The notes below the pieces were generated by a model, which searched no databases, was not told the DNA's origin, and saw nothing but the letters and a program-made list of their open reading frames with translations. From positions 160,001 through 224,000 of the forward strand of contig CAVXRD010000001.1 in the NCBI GenBank assembly GCA_963764165.1: a DNA stretch of 64,000 nt, given 5' to 3'. Position numbers and translations under genes: made by a program. Origin of the DNA: an uncultured Verrucomicrobiae bacterium (GTDB taxonomy: Bacteria > Verrucomicrobiota > Verrucomicrobiia > Limisphaerales > Palsa-1400). The stretch's first letter is position 1, and the number at the start of each line of letters is the position of its first letter. Positions 18,375 through 28,900 of the stretch are shown here, in pieces.

Positions 18375-21300
18375 ATCCGCCATTCCTGACCGCCGACGAT
18401 TTCTCAGCGTTCTTCCGCGAGCTTTGGGGATCGGACTGCGACCCTTTCCCGTGGCAGCGTGAATTTGCCCGCCGCCTCTGTGCAGGGAAAGTGCCCGACT
18501 ACGTGGCTGTTCCAACGGGGAGTGGCAAAACGGCGTGCCTCGACGCCGCCGTCTTCGCCCTCGCGACGCAAGCCGCTTTGCCAATGGCTGAACGCACGCA
18601 AGGCCGGCGCATTTTCTTCATCGTCAATCGCCGAGTCATCGTGGACGAGGCTTACGACCGCGCAGGAAAGCTCTGCAAAAAACTTGGGGACGCCGCTTCC
18701 GAATCCGTGGCTGGGCGCGTGGCCGCAGCGTTGTGCAAGCTTTCCGGGGAAGTCGAGGCGGTCCCGCTAGCGCGTGCGCAGCTTCGTGGGGGAATTTATC
18801 GCGATCGGAGTTGGGCCAACTCGCTCCTCCAGCCGATGATTATTTGCAGCACAGTAGATCAGGCAGGGTCGCGACTGCTCTTTCGCGGCTACGGTGTCAG
18901 TCCCCAAGCCCGGCCAATCCACGCAGCTCTCGTCGCGCAGGACAGCTTGCTGATCATTGATGAAGCGCACATCAGCCGCCCCTTCATCCAGACGTTGGAA
19001 TGGGTGAAGCGTTATCGTCTTCACCAACCAGCGGGGTGTGAGACTGTGCAGCTTCCTTTTCAGCTTATTCAGATGACGGCGACCCCTCCGGCTGACACGC
19101 GTAACGACCAAAAAATCACGCTTACGCCCCAGGATCATGAGCATCCTGTTTTGAAACCGCGCCTGCGGGCTGTGAAGCCTGCGCACCTCATTGTAGAGCC
19201 GAAGGCGAAAGGAAAAGCTCGCGAGGAACAAATGGCGAAGCGGCTTGTGGAGGAAACCAAAAAGATTCTCGCCGAGGATCACCCTCGATCCATCGCCATC
19301 ATGGTCAATCGTGTGGCGACCGCGCGTTCCGTCACGGCAAAATTGGAAAACGAACACAAGGGACGCGTGACGCTTTTGATCGGACGACTGCGCCCACTGG
19401 ATCGGGAAGCAACAACGAAAGACATTCAGGAACGCCTCAAAACTGGAGCCACCGCCAGAACCACCGAGGACGGCCCGAGCATTGTGGTCTCGACGCAATG
19501 TCTGGAGGTCGGAGCCGATTTGGATTTCGACACTCTTGTGACCGAAGCCGCCAGCCTTGATGCGCTCCGCCAGCGCTTCGGGCGTCTTAATCGGGGCGGG
19601 CGCGACATCACGGCCCGCGCGGTAATTGTCCTGCCGGGTGATCAGGATTTGCCCGTGGACAAACTTAACGAGGCCGCACCGTGCGATCCGATCTACGCCA
19701 ACGCCATCCCTCGAACGTGGCGTTGGCTGAGTGGTCTGGCGCAAGATGGCGACGGCGTAGTCGATTTTGGCATCAACGCGATGGGTGCTGCCGTCGATGC
19801 TCTCCGCGCGTCCGGCAGCGAAGAAGCACTCGTGGCGATGTGCTCACCGACCAGCGATGCTCCGGTTCTCCTCCCGGCTTATCTGGACTGTTGGGTGCAA
19901 ACGAATCCCGCACCCGCCGCTGATCCCGACGTCGCGCTATTCCTCCACGGCGCGCAGCGCGAGATGGCAGACGTGCAAGTTTGTTGGCGCGGCGACCTGC
20001 CCGAGGCGGAGAACGAAGACGAGTGGGCGGACATCCTCAGCCTTTGCCCACCGACCACGGCGGAGTGTCTGCCGGTGCCGCTGCCTATCTTCCGGGATTG
20101 GCTAGGCTCGCGTGGCAAGTTCGAGGACTCCTCTGGTGATGTCGCCGAAATCCAGGAACTGCTCGCCAAGAAAAAGGAGGAGGAAGAGCGCGGCATTCCG
20201 GCCCTCGTCTGGCGCGGTCCTGATGACTGCTTCTTCGCACATCGTGCTGCCGGTCTTCGCCCCGGCGACACCATCATTCTCCGCGTTCAGGGTGGCGGAT
20301 GGCAGGCACTCGGACACCTGCCCGGTGTTCCTGCCGATCCGCAGACCACGCCTCAAGGATCACTCCCTCCTGAGGAAGTTTGTCGTGTCGATTTTGCCGA
20401 AAGAGCCACCGCGTCGACCCGGCGACGCGCGATTCTTCGTATCCACCCGGCTCTGTGGCAGACGTCGGAAGCCGGACCCGCAGCGGCAGCCCTGAGGGAC
20501 ATGGCGCTCGATCCCGAAAAAGATTGGCGCATCCCAGAAATCAAAGATCTGCTATCCCGGCTTTTGACCGACGAAAACCCCGGCCGGTCTCTCACCGCCG
20601 AGCAACGGGAAGTGATCCAGCATCTTGCCAAGAAAAGCGTTCGCGTCTACGCAGAGCCATATCCCGGCAACAAAGGGTTCGCCCTGGTTGCTCGCGACCT
20701 ATTGCCGCACGGTGATGCCGACGAAACCAGTGACACCGACGCCGACGCGCTCCTCGAAGCCTCCCAACCCCAGGAACTGTGCGACCACACAAAGGATGTT
20801 CTCGACTGCCTCGAAAGCTCCCTCGCCTTATTGCCACTTGCGGCGTGGCGCGAAGCGCTGATCGCTGCTGCTGCGGTGCATGATTGGGGGAAAGTCGATC
20901 CGCGTTTCCAAGCAATGCTGCGCGGCACCACTCCTTTCGCCGCTATGGCCAGTGGGATCTTCCTCGCGAAGTCCGGTTCCATCGCTTCGTCCGCCGCAGC
21001 CCGCCGCGCGGCGAGGCAGCGGGCCGCACTGCCGGACGGCTTCCGCCACGAGATGTTGTCCCTCCTCATGGCGGAAAACTCCATCGGAACAACCGCGCTG
21101 CCCGCGCCCCCCATGCTCCACGCGCTCACCCTGCATCTCATCGTTACCCACCACGGCTACGCGCGCCCCTTTGCCTCGCTGGTGGACGACGACACTCCGC
21201 CCGAAGTGAGCCTGCCCATGAAAGGCGAGACCATCGCCGTCACCGGAGCCGAGCGCATCGAACATCCCGCTCACGCGCTGGACTCCGGGCTGGCTGAACG

Positions 21301-21415
21301 CTTCTGGCAAATGAACCGACACTACGGCTGGTGGGGCGTCGCCCTCCTCGAAGCAGTTCTCCGTCTCGCCGATCAATCCGCCAGTGCCAACCCGCGAGCA
21401 ATCACGAAACCATGA
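18371..21415 (+). CDS. cas3: Type I-G Cas3 helicase with C-terminal HD nuclease
   Basis: PFPWQ, VPTGSGKT, DEAH, MTAT, STQCLEVGADLD, QRFGRLNR; C-terminal HDWGK..FRHE..HHG..LAD. ATGA overlap with csb2. Confidence 0.95.
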   Translation: MNPPFLTADDFSAFFRELWGSDCDPFPWQREFARRLCAGKVPDYVAVPTGSGKTACLDAAVFALATQAALPMAERTQGRRIFFIVNRRVIVDEAYDRAGKLCKKLGDAASESVAGRVAAALCKLSGEVEAVPLARAQLRGGIYRDRSWANSLLQPMIICSTVDQAGSRLLFRGYGVSPQARPIHAALVAQDSLLIIDEAHISRPFIQTLEWVKRYRLHQPAGCETVQLPFQLIQMTATPPADTRNDQKITLTPQDHEHPVLKPRLRAVKPAHLIVEPKAKGKAREEQMAKRLVEETKKILAEDHPRSIAIMVNRVATARSVTAKLENEHKGRVTLLIGRLRPLDREATTKDIQERLKTGATARTTEDGPSIVVSTQCLEVGADLDFDTLVTEAASLDALRQRFGRLNRGGRDITARAVIVLPGDQDLPVDKLNEAAPCDPIYANAIPRTWRWLSGLAQDGDGVVDFGINAMGAAVDALRASGSEEALVAMCSPTSDAPVLLPAYLDCWVQTNPAPAADPDVALFLHGAQREMADVQVCWRGDLPEAENEDEWADILSLCPPTTAECLPVPLPIFRDWLGSRGKFEDSSGDVAEIQELLAKKKEEEERGIPALVWRGPDDCFFAHRAAGLRPGDTIILRVQGGGWQALGHLPGVPADPQTTPQGSLPPEEVCRVDFAERATASTRRRAILRIHPALWQTSEAGPAAAALRDMALDPEKDWRIPEIKDLLSRLLTDENPGRSLTAEQREVIQHLAKKSVRVYAEPYPGNKGFALVARDLLPHGDADETSDTDADALLEASQPQELCDHTKDVLDCLESSLALLPLAAWREALIAAAAVHDWGKVDPRFQAMLRGTTPFAAMASGIFLAKSGSIASSAAARRAARQRAALPDGFRHEMLSLLMAENSIGTTALPAPPMLHALTLHLIVTHHGYARPFASLVDDDTPPEVSLPMKGETIAVTGAERIEHPAHALDSGLAERFWQMNRHYGWWGVALLEAVLRLADQSASANPRAITKP

Positions 21416-22341
21416 TGACTTCATCCAACGAATTAACCCTCCCGGCATTGCAAGGTTCGAGCTTGCTCGGATTCTTGGCCTCACTGGGTGCTTTCCGCAC
21501 GATCGCCATGCTGCCGGAAGCGAGCGATGTCCGGATGCGATGGGTTGCCGGAGGAGGCTCGTATTGCCCCGTGCTGCGGTTGCCCTCGCCAGCAACGCCC
21601 GAGGTGATCGTCGAAAAACTGCATGCCGCATTGCGCGGTCTCGCTGGCCACTACGTCATCACCGTGGACAAGGACTTGAAGATTCCTCGCGGCGTCTTTC
21701 GCAAACTCGCCGCCAATGCAGCCGAAGACTTTCTAACCCACACCGACCCGATGGCCGCGAGCATGGTCGCGGCATTTGGCTGCGACGCAGTGGGAAACGA
21801 AGACGGCACAATCGAAGACACCGCGTTTCGGACGATGAGTGGCGCAGGCCATCAACACTTCCTGGAATTCATGAACGTGTTGGCGAAGGAAACGACGGTG
21901 GAGCAACTGCGTGAAGCGCTCTTCGGCCCGTGGCGCTACCGAGACTCTAGCCCTACCATGCGGTGGGATACGGAGGATGACCGCCGCTACGCCCTGCGAT
22001 GGGATGAGCCATCGAAAGACCCCGTCCGCACCGTGCGCGGGGCAAACCTCTTAGCCATCGCCGCGCTACCTTTTTTTCCGGTTGTCCCCACTTCCAGCAG
22101 CACGGTGGCAACTACTGGCTTCAACGGTCGAGGAAGCCGTGATACTTTCGTCACATGGCCAGTCTGGACGGGCTGGCTAGCGCTGGATGCTGTTCGCTCG
22201 CTCTTAGGGTTGAAAGAACTTCAGGAGCCGAACGAAACTTCTATAAAGTCTCTTGAAATGTATGGCGTAGTTGCAACCTATCGAAGCCAACGAATTACTC
22301 TTGGAAAATATAGGAATTTTACCCCGGCGACCTCCATGTGA
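21412..22341 (+). CDS. Type I-G short large subunit (Cas8g/Csb3-like)
   Basis: 309 aa, translationally coupled to cas3; N-terminal LLGFLASLG resembles Cas8g N-termini; position fits. Confidence 0.7.
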   Translation: MMTSSNELTLPALQGSSLLGFLASLGAFRTIAMLPEASDVRMRWVAGGGSYCPVLRLPSPATPEVIVEKLHAALRGLAGHYVITVDKDLKIPRGVFRKLAANAAEDFLTHTDPMAASMVAAFGCDAVGNEDGTIEDTAFRTMSGAGHQHFLEFMNVLAKETTVEQLREALFGPWRYRDSSPTMRWDTEDDRRYALRWDEPSKDPVRTVRGANLLAIAALPFFPVVPTSSSTVATTGFNGRGSRDTFVTWPVWTGWLALDAVRSLLGLKELQEPNETSIKSLEMYGVVATYRSQRITLGKYRNFTPATSM

Positions 22342-22435
22342 ACGCTCATTCGGTACTCAACTACAACCGATCAAAAACATTAATGTCCAAGACCCATCAG
22401 CTTAGTCCGAAAATCGTTTAACCAACCCATGATTT

Positions 22436-22525
22436 ATGAAACCCAATCTCGACAAAATTGATGATGCCGTGCTGGCGTTGCTTCGCTTGAGAAGCTTCGC
22501 CGAGGGCAACGTAAGCAAAAGGTAG
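22436..22525 (+). pseudogene. Fragment resembling the N-terminus of a DUF6429-family protein
   Basis: MKPNLDKIDDAVLALLRL then an early stop; family recognised from memory only. Confidence 0.4.
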
Positions 22526-23181
22526 TATGCCGCTCGAACCATTTGATCTCATTTGCCCGGAAATCGCCCGCAATGAACAGGCGGCTTGTGTCGTCGCCGC
22601 TGGGACGTCCGGTGAGCCGTCCGGCGAAAGTCTGCCTGGCGCTGAACCGGACTCCTCGGCGAGGCGTCCCTGCTTCTCGGCGAAAACCAACATGAATTAT
22701 CGGAATCTGCGGGAGGGGGCTCCGTCGCGGCGTTTTCATCCCGGAAACGCCGGGTCGGGGGACCCGGCCTGCATTTCGGAATCGAGCGCCCCGTTGCGCC
22801 TTCGCGTCAAAAACCCCTTTTCGCAATATTTCCCCGAAAATCGCGCCGAAAACACTCTGGTAGGTTTTCTGTCCAGCCTCAGCCGTGGCAAAATGCGTTC
22901 ATGAATGGAACTCACCTCATAAATAGGGATGGGGCGCGGGGCGAGAGATTTGCCCGAACGACAAGGCAGCCCGCAACGCGGACACCGCATATTTGTGCTG
23001 GCTCGAGGAGGGAGAATATCCACCGCGTCTTCGACCGATTGGCAACGCGGTCATCCCGGCAAAGAGCCGCCACCCACAGGGCCGCCACAGACCAGGCCCT
23101 CCGGCGTCGCTGCTCCTCAGTTGCAGGTCCGTTTGCGTTTTCAGCCGGATGAATCGTTGCACCCTATTGCACCTACCGATT

Positions 23182-25458
23182 ATGAACGAGCCTGATGCCT
23201 CCAAAACAGACGCGCTTTCCGGCGAAAACCAGCACGAATCATCCAAATATGCAGGCCGGGTGCCCTCACCCGGCGGGCCGGATGCCCTATCTTGCGAAAA
23301 CCAACGCTCGCTAACACCGCCGGCTTCCACTGATCGCGAGCGATTGGGCTATTCTACGAGTGATGCGGGCGGACGCTTGGGCGAGGTTCCCCTACCTTCA
23401 AAAGATCGCGAACGTTTGCCGGATTCTACAAGTGAAGCAAAGCCGGTAAAAATCGTGCTGCGGGTCGAGGCGGTTGAATCGCGGCTGGCCAAGGCCACGC
23501 CACCGCCGGTTGAACCTTCGCCAATTCACACGCCGGATGCCCTGCCCTCCCCGGCCCGGCCGGAAGCGGAGCCGCAGCCAATTCCGGCGCGGATGCTCAA
23601 TGAATTCGTGTATTGCCAGCGCCTTTTCTATTACGAATTCGTCGAGGGGGTGTTCGTCGAAAGCGCGGATACAGTGCGCGGGGCGGCCATTCACCAGCGC
23701 GTCGATTCCGGCAATGGGGCGCTGCCCAAAGCCAAACGCAAGGCGCAAGCCGACAAGGCGAAGGATGGCGAAGAACCCCCGGCCAATGCCGCTGGCTCCG
23801 CGCCACAGGAAGCGGAGGCGCAGAGCGCGGACTTGTCCGCCGCAGCCTTGGCAAAGGCGGAACCTGAAACCATTCATTCGCGCTCGGTGCAAATGGGTTC
23901 AGAACGGCTGGGAGTTGTCGCGAAGATGGACCTCGTTGAGTCCAAAACAGGGAAGGACGATCTTTTCACCGCCTTGGAAGTCTGCCCCGTTGACTACAAA
24001 GCGGGCGCGCCCAAAGAAGGAGAAGAAGCCAATGAATTGTGGGACACCGACAAGATTCAGCTCGGATTGCAGGCGCTCATTCTGCGAGACAACGGCTATG
24101 TTTGCTCCGAGGGCATCATCTATTACCGCGCCACCAAGCAGCGCGTCCGGCTTCCCATCACGGCGGAACTCGAAAATTGGATTCTTCAACAGATTGCCGA
24201 AGCCCGCCGGGTTGCCGTTGGGCCGATTCCGCAGCCGCTCGTCCATTCGCCGAAATGCGCGCGATGTTCGCTCGCCCCGGTCTGCCTCCCGGACGAAACT
24301 CGGATGCTTTCGGAATCGGCGCTCGTCCCGGGTCTCCTGAGCGGTGAGTTTGTCAAAGGGTCGAACGGCGATGCCGCGAATGCAGAATCGCCGCGCCGCC
24401 TGATGGCCGCCCGCGACGACACCCGGCCCCTGTATCTCAACAGCCAGGGATTTCGCGTCGGGTGCAAGGATGAAGTGTTGCAGGTCAAAGAAAAGGACCG
24501 CCTCGTCGAGGAAGTGAGAATGCGCGACCTGTCCCACGTCGCTCTATTTGGAAACATCCAAATTTCTACGCAAGCCATTCAATCGCTGTGCGAGCAGGAA
24601 ATCCCGGTCACCTACTTTTCCATGGGCGGCTGGTTTTATGGCATCACGCGCGGCCACTCGTTGAAGAATGTCTTCCTGCGGATGGAGCAATTCCGCGTGG
24701 CGAAGGATCCGGCGGCGTGCCTCGCCCTGGCCCGGCAATTTGTGCATGGAAAAATCCGCAATCATCGCACGCTGCTCATGCGCAATCATTTGGAACCTCC
24801 CGAGCCTATCATCCTCAAGCTCAAAAGGGCCGCAGAGGACGCGCTGGTTGCCGAGTCCCTTGAGCAGCTTCTCGGCATCGAGGGAGCGGCCGCGAGCCAG
24901 TATTTCCAACAATTCAGCGGCATGGTCAAGGTTGAGGATGATTTGCCTGGATTCGAAACGACGCCCAAGGAAAAGCAGCTCGCGTTTAGTTTTAACTTCA
25001 GCAATCGCAACCGGCGTCCACCCGCCGACCCTGTCAACGCCATGCTTTCGCTGGCCTACAGCATGTTGAGCAAGGATTGCACGCTCGCGGCGCTCGCGGT
25101 TGGATTCGATCCATATATCGGCTTTTACCATCAGCCGCGATTCGGACGTCCCGCCTTGGGATTGGATTTGATGGAGGAAATGCGGCCGCTGGTGGCGGAA
25201 TCCACGGTGTTGAGCTGCATCAACAACCGAGTCATCACCGAGAAGGATTTTGTGCGCGCGGGCCAAGCCGTGAATCTTTCCGCGCCCGGGCGCAAGCGCT
25301 TTTTCCAGATGTATGAGCAGCGCATGAGTTCCCTGATCACGCATCCGCTGTTCGATTACAAGGTGAGCTACCGCCGGGCGCTCGAATTGCAAGCGCGACT
25401 GCTGGCAAAAGTGCTCACTGGAGAAATCAAGGAATACATTCCATTATTGACGAGGTAA
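23182..25458 (+). CDS. cas1: Cas4-Cas1 fusion (start uncertain)
   Basis: Cas4: ARMLNEFVYCQRLFY, KMDLVE, PVDYK, KCARCSLAPVCLP. Cas1: LLGIEGAAA, RNRRPPADPVNAMLSLAY, GFYHQ, LDLMEE. Confidence 0.93.
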   Translation: MNEPDASKTDALSGENQHESSKYAGRVPSPGGPDALSCENQRSLTPPASTDRERLGYSTSDAGGRLGEVPLPSKDRERLPDSTSEAKPVKIVLRVEAVESRLAKATPPPVEPSPIHTPDALPSPARPEAEPQPIPARMLNEFVYCQRLFYYEFVEGVFVESADTVRGAAIHQRVDSGNGALPKAKRKAQADKAKDGEEPPANAAGSAPQEAEAQSADLSAAALAKAEPETIHSRSVQMGSERLGVVAKMDLVESKTGKDDLFTALEVCPVDYKAGAPKEGEEANELWDTDKIQLGLQALILRDNGYVCSEGIIYYRATKQRVRLPITAELENWILQQIAEARRVAVGPIPQPLVHSPKCARCSLAPVCLPDETRMLSESALVPGLLSGEFVKGSNGDAANAESPRRLMAARDDTRPLYLNSQGFRVGCKDEVLQVKEKDRLVEEVRMRDLSHVALFGNIQISTQAIQSLCEQEIPVTYFSMGGWFYGITRGHSLKNVFLRMEQFRVAKDPAACLALARQFVHGKIRNHRTLLMRNHLEPPEPIILKLKRAAEDALVAESLEQLLGIEGAAASQYFQQFSGMVKVEDDLPGFETTPKEKQLAFSFNFSNRNRRPPADPVNAMLSLAYSMLSKDCTLAALAVGFDPYIGFYHQPRFGRPALGLDLMEEMRPLVAESTVLSCINNRVITEKDFVRAGQAVNLSAPGRKRFFQMYEQRMSSLITHPLFDYKVSYRRALELQARLLAKVLTGEIKEYIPLLTR

Positions 25459-25461
25459 TCC

Positions 25462-25752
25462 ATGCGCACGACCTACCTGGTTTGCTACGATGTCGCCGAT
25501 GCCAAACGACTGCGGCACGCGTTCAAGACATGCCGCAACTTCGGCGACCACTTGCAATTCTCGGTGTTCGAGTGCGATCTCAATCCGTCGGAGAAGATTG
25601 AAATGGAAACGCAACTCGCGCAAATCATCAATCATGATGAAGACCAGGTGCTCTTCATCTCGCTTGGGCCGTCTGAAGGCCGGGGAGACCGCGTGATTAC
25701 GGCGTTAGGCTTGCCCTACACGAAATTGGACGCGCCGTGTTATGTGGTCTGA
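25462..25752 (+). CDS. cas2: Cas2
   Basis: YLVCYDVADAKRL, LQFSVFEC; 96 aa. Confidence 0.95.
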   Translation: MRTTYLVCYDVADAKRLRHAFKTCRNFGDHLQFSVFECDLNPSEKIEMETQLAQIINHDEDQVLFISLGPSEGRGDRVITALGLPYTKLDAPCYVV

Positions 25753-25956
25753 CGTTCTGGGCTCTTTGACATTTTGACCTCGCGAGCGGCAGGGTGGTGC
25801 GGCAGCCCCCGTTGCCGCTCGCATGCCACAACCATTTGAATACCAAGCTCTACCGATGACACCATCGACCAGCAGAACAGAAAAGGAACGAAAGGGATAC
25901 AGGCAATCGCAAGAATCCTCTTGCGGGCCTGCCCCGGAACGAGTTACGCTTCGGGA
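25753..25956 (+). promoter_or_regulatory. CRISPR leader
   Basis: Non-coding segment between cas2 and the first repeat. Confidence 0.7.
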
Positions 25957-28900
25957 CATTCCACGCTCACGCGAGCGTGGCTCCGTTGAAGCCACGCAAG
26001 AAGGACCCAAGCCGTTATCGTTAAAGGCCATTCCACGCTCACGCGAGCGTGGCTCCGTTGAAGCTTATCGCGCAAATTCGCAAGAATCGTCTTGACGCTG
26101 CATTCCACGCTCACGCGAGCGTGGCTCCGTTGAAGCTACCGAATTGATTTGAAACAGGATTCGGCACACGCCCATTCCACGCTCACGCGAGCGTGGCTCC
26201 GTTGAAGCAATCCGCTTGACTTTCCTGTGGCTTTTTTCGACGAACATTCCACGCTCACGCGAGCGTGGCTCCGTTGAAGCGAGTTCGGCGACACGCTCCG
26301 CAAGGTTCCCAACGGTGACATTCCACGCTCACGCGAGCGTGGCTCCGTTGAAGCTCGTAATTCGGCACAAACACCCCCTGCCTTGATCCCATTCCACGCT
26401 CACGCGAGCGTGGCTCCGTTGAAGCCGGACGAAGGGCTATAGCGAGACGGAAATTCTCAACATTCCACGCTCACGCGAGCGTGGCTCCGTTGAAGCCCAA
26501 CTGGCAGTGGGTGAGCCATCATTATTTTTGGGCATTCCACGCTCACGCGAGCGTGGCTCCGTTGAAGCTTCATTGCATCAATTGTTTTGTTGACTCCCCG
26601 GAATCATTCCACGCTCACGCGAGCGTGGCTCCGTTGAAGCACCTCAAGCCATGTGTGCTTGCGCGTGACCGTGCAACATTCCACGCTCACGCGAGCGTGG
26701 CTCCGTTGAAGCTCGGCTGGAAATTTGGAGTAACTGTAAAGCTCCCCGGCATTCCACGCTCACGCGAGCGTGGCTCCGTTGAAGCGGGACTGGCAATGGC
26801 AATGCCCGGGCTGCAAGACACGCATTCCACGCTCACGCGAGCGTGGCTCCGTTGAAGCTGCCAGGTTATTTGAAAAATACCGTTCCTCTGATTGCATTCC
26901 ACGCTCACGCGAGCGTGGCTCCGTTGAAGCGATTTGCTGTTGTTCGAGATAGACCAGGCGCGGGCGCCATTCCACGCTCACGCGAGCGTGGCTCCGTTGA
27001 AGCCATCACCATTTATAGCGGGGGCGCGGGTTACAGCACATTCCACGCTCACGCGAGCGTGGCTCCGTTGAAGCGCATCAAGGATTTGACGATCCGTCGA
27101 ATGGAGGGCGCATTCCACGCTCACGCGAGCGTGGCTCCGTTGAAGCAATTTAATCGCGCAGCGGACAAGCACGACCGACGCGGCCATTCCACGCTCACGC
27201 GAGCGTGGCTCCGTTGAAGCCAGGATTCACAAAATATGAACCCACCTCGCAAATTCCATTCCACGCTCACGCGAGCGTGGCTCCGTTGAAGCCGTTGCTC
27301 CAAGCGGCGGGGCAGGCTCTGGTGGAGGTCCATTCCACGCTCACGCGAGCGTGGCTCCGTTGAAGCCCGCTGGGAGTTGAGTTTCAGCAATACAAGCCGG
27401 AACATTCCACGCTCACGCGAGCGTGGCTCCGTTGAAGCTTCGTCATGGAGTTTTTGCAGCGTTTTTTGCGCGGGCATTCCACGCTCACGCGAGCGTGGCT
27501 CCGTTGAAGCCTACGGCGGAAAGAGCGGCAACAAAAAGAAACGCCGCATTCCACGCTCACGCGAGCGTGGCTCCGTTGAAGCAGGATTCCGGCGCATTGA
27601 TTCATTGGGCCAATCGGCTCATTCCACGCTCACGCGAGCGTGGCTCCGTTGAAGCTCAGCACGAGCGCGCACCGCGCCGATTGCTCCTCCGCATTCCACG
27701 CTCACGCGAGCGTGGCTCCGTTGAAGCCGCAATTTTCGACCGGTCAAAAACCACGCGGCGGTGCATTCCACGCTCACGCGAGCGTGGCTCCGTTGAAGCC
27801 CTCCAAAGTAGGGGAATGGGGATTTGAGAGTGTCACATTCCACGCTCACGCGAGCGTGGCTCCGTTGAAGCAGCCCCAGCGACGATTTTTTTGTACTCGG
27901 TCTGCAACCATTCCACGCTCACGCGAGCGTGGCTCCGTTGAAGCTGCATCCGCAATGACCTATCTGCCGCGCATGGCTTGTCATTCCACGCTCACGCGAG
28001 CGTGGCTCCGTTGAAGCCCAATGTTGCCAGTTCCTGAATTCTGAATTGCGCCCCATTCCACGCTCACGCGAGCGTGGCTCCGTTGAAGCTAGGAAATTGG
28101 CTAACCATTCATCGTGCCCCGGTGAATCATTCCACGCTCACGCGAGCGTGGCTCCGTTGAAGCCGGCGCGTCGAAGGGCGGAATTGACGGATTCGAGAAG
28201 CATTCCACGCTCACGCGAGCGTGGCTCCGTTGAAGCTTGTCTGCGTGGCTTGCTCATACTTACCTATGGGCTTCATTCCACGCTCACGCGAGCGTGGCTC
28301 CGTTGAAGCTTGAGTGGTGCAGCCTCGCGGAAAGCGAGGGGGCAATCATTCCACGCTCACGCGAGCGTGGCTCCGTTGAAGCCGCTAGTGGCGGATTTCA
28401 TGGCGATGACATTGAGCGTCCATTCCACGCTCACGCGAGCGTGGCTCCGTTGAAGCACATAATCGGGGAAGGATTTCATTCGGAAAGAAGGTCCATTCCA
28501 CGCTCACGCGAGCGTGGCTCCGTTGAAGCTGATATTGTGTCATTTGAGTAATTACCTTCCAATTTCATTCCACGCTCACGCGAGCGTGGCTCCGTTGAAG
28601 CAACAACAAGCGGAAAAGGGCAAGATTTCGCGCATTACATTCCACGCTCACGCGAGCGTGGCTCCGTTGAAGCGCTTCGAGATCGCGCGCGTTGGCGATG
28701 CCCTTCAATCATTCCACGCTCACGCGAGCGTGGCTCCGTTGAAGCCACGTCGTCTGGCTCCAACAATGCGCCCTCCATTCGACATTCCACGCTCACGCGA
28801 GCGTGGCTCCGTTGAAGCTTCAATAGCTTCAATTGTGGGAACGAGGCTAGATTCCATTCCACGCTCACGCGAGCGTGGCTCCGTTGAAGCGCGAAGAACT

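Noticed and set aside
22901..23060. Possible decayed REP-associated tyrosine transposase
   Set aside because: Only faint, frame-broken resemblance; not supportable.
26065..26100. Spacer 2 resembles the leader (tcgcaagaatc.tcttg at 25907-25923, 16/17)
   Set aside because: The match is in spacer positions ~14-30, not the seed, and involves a palindromic motif; probably not functional self-targeting.
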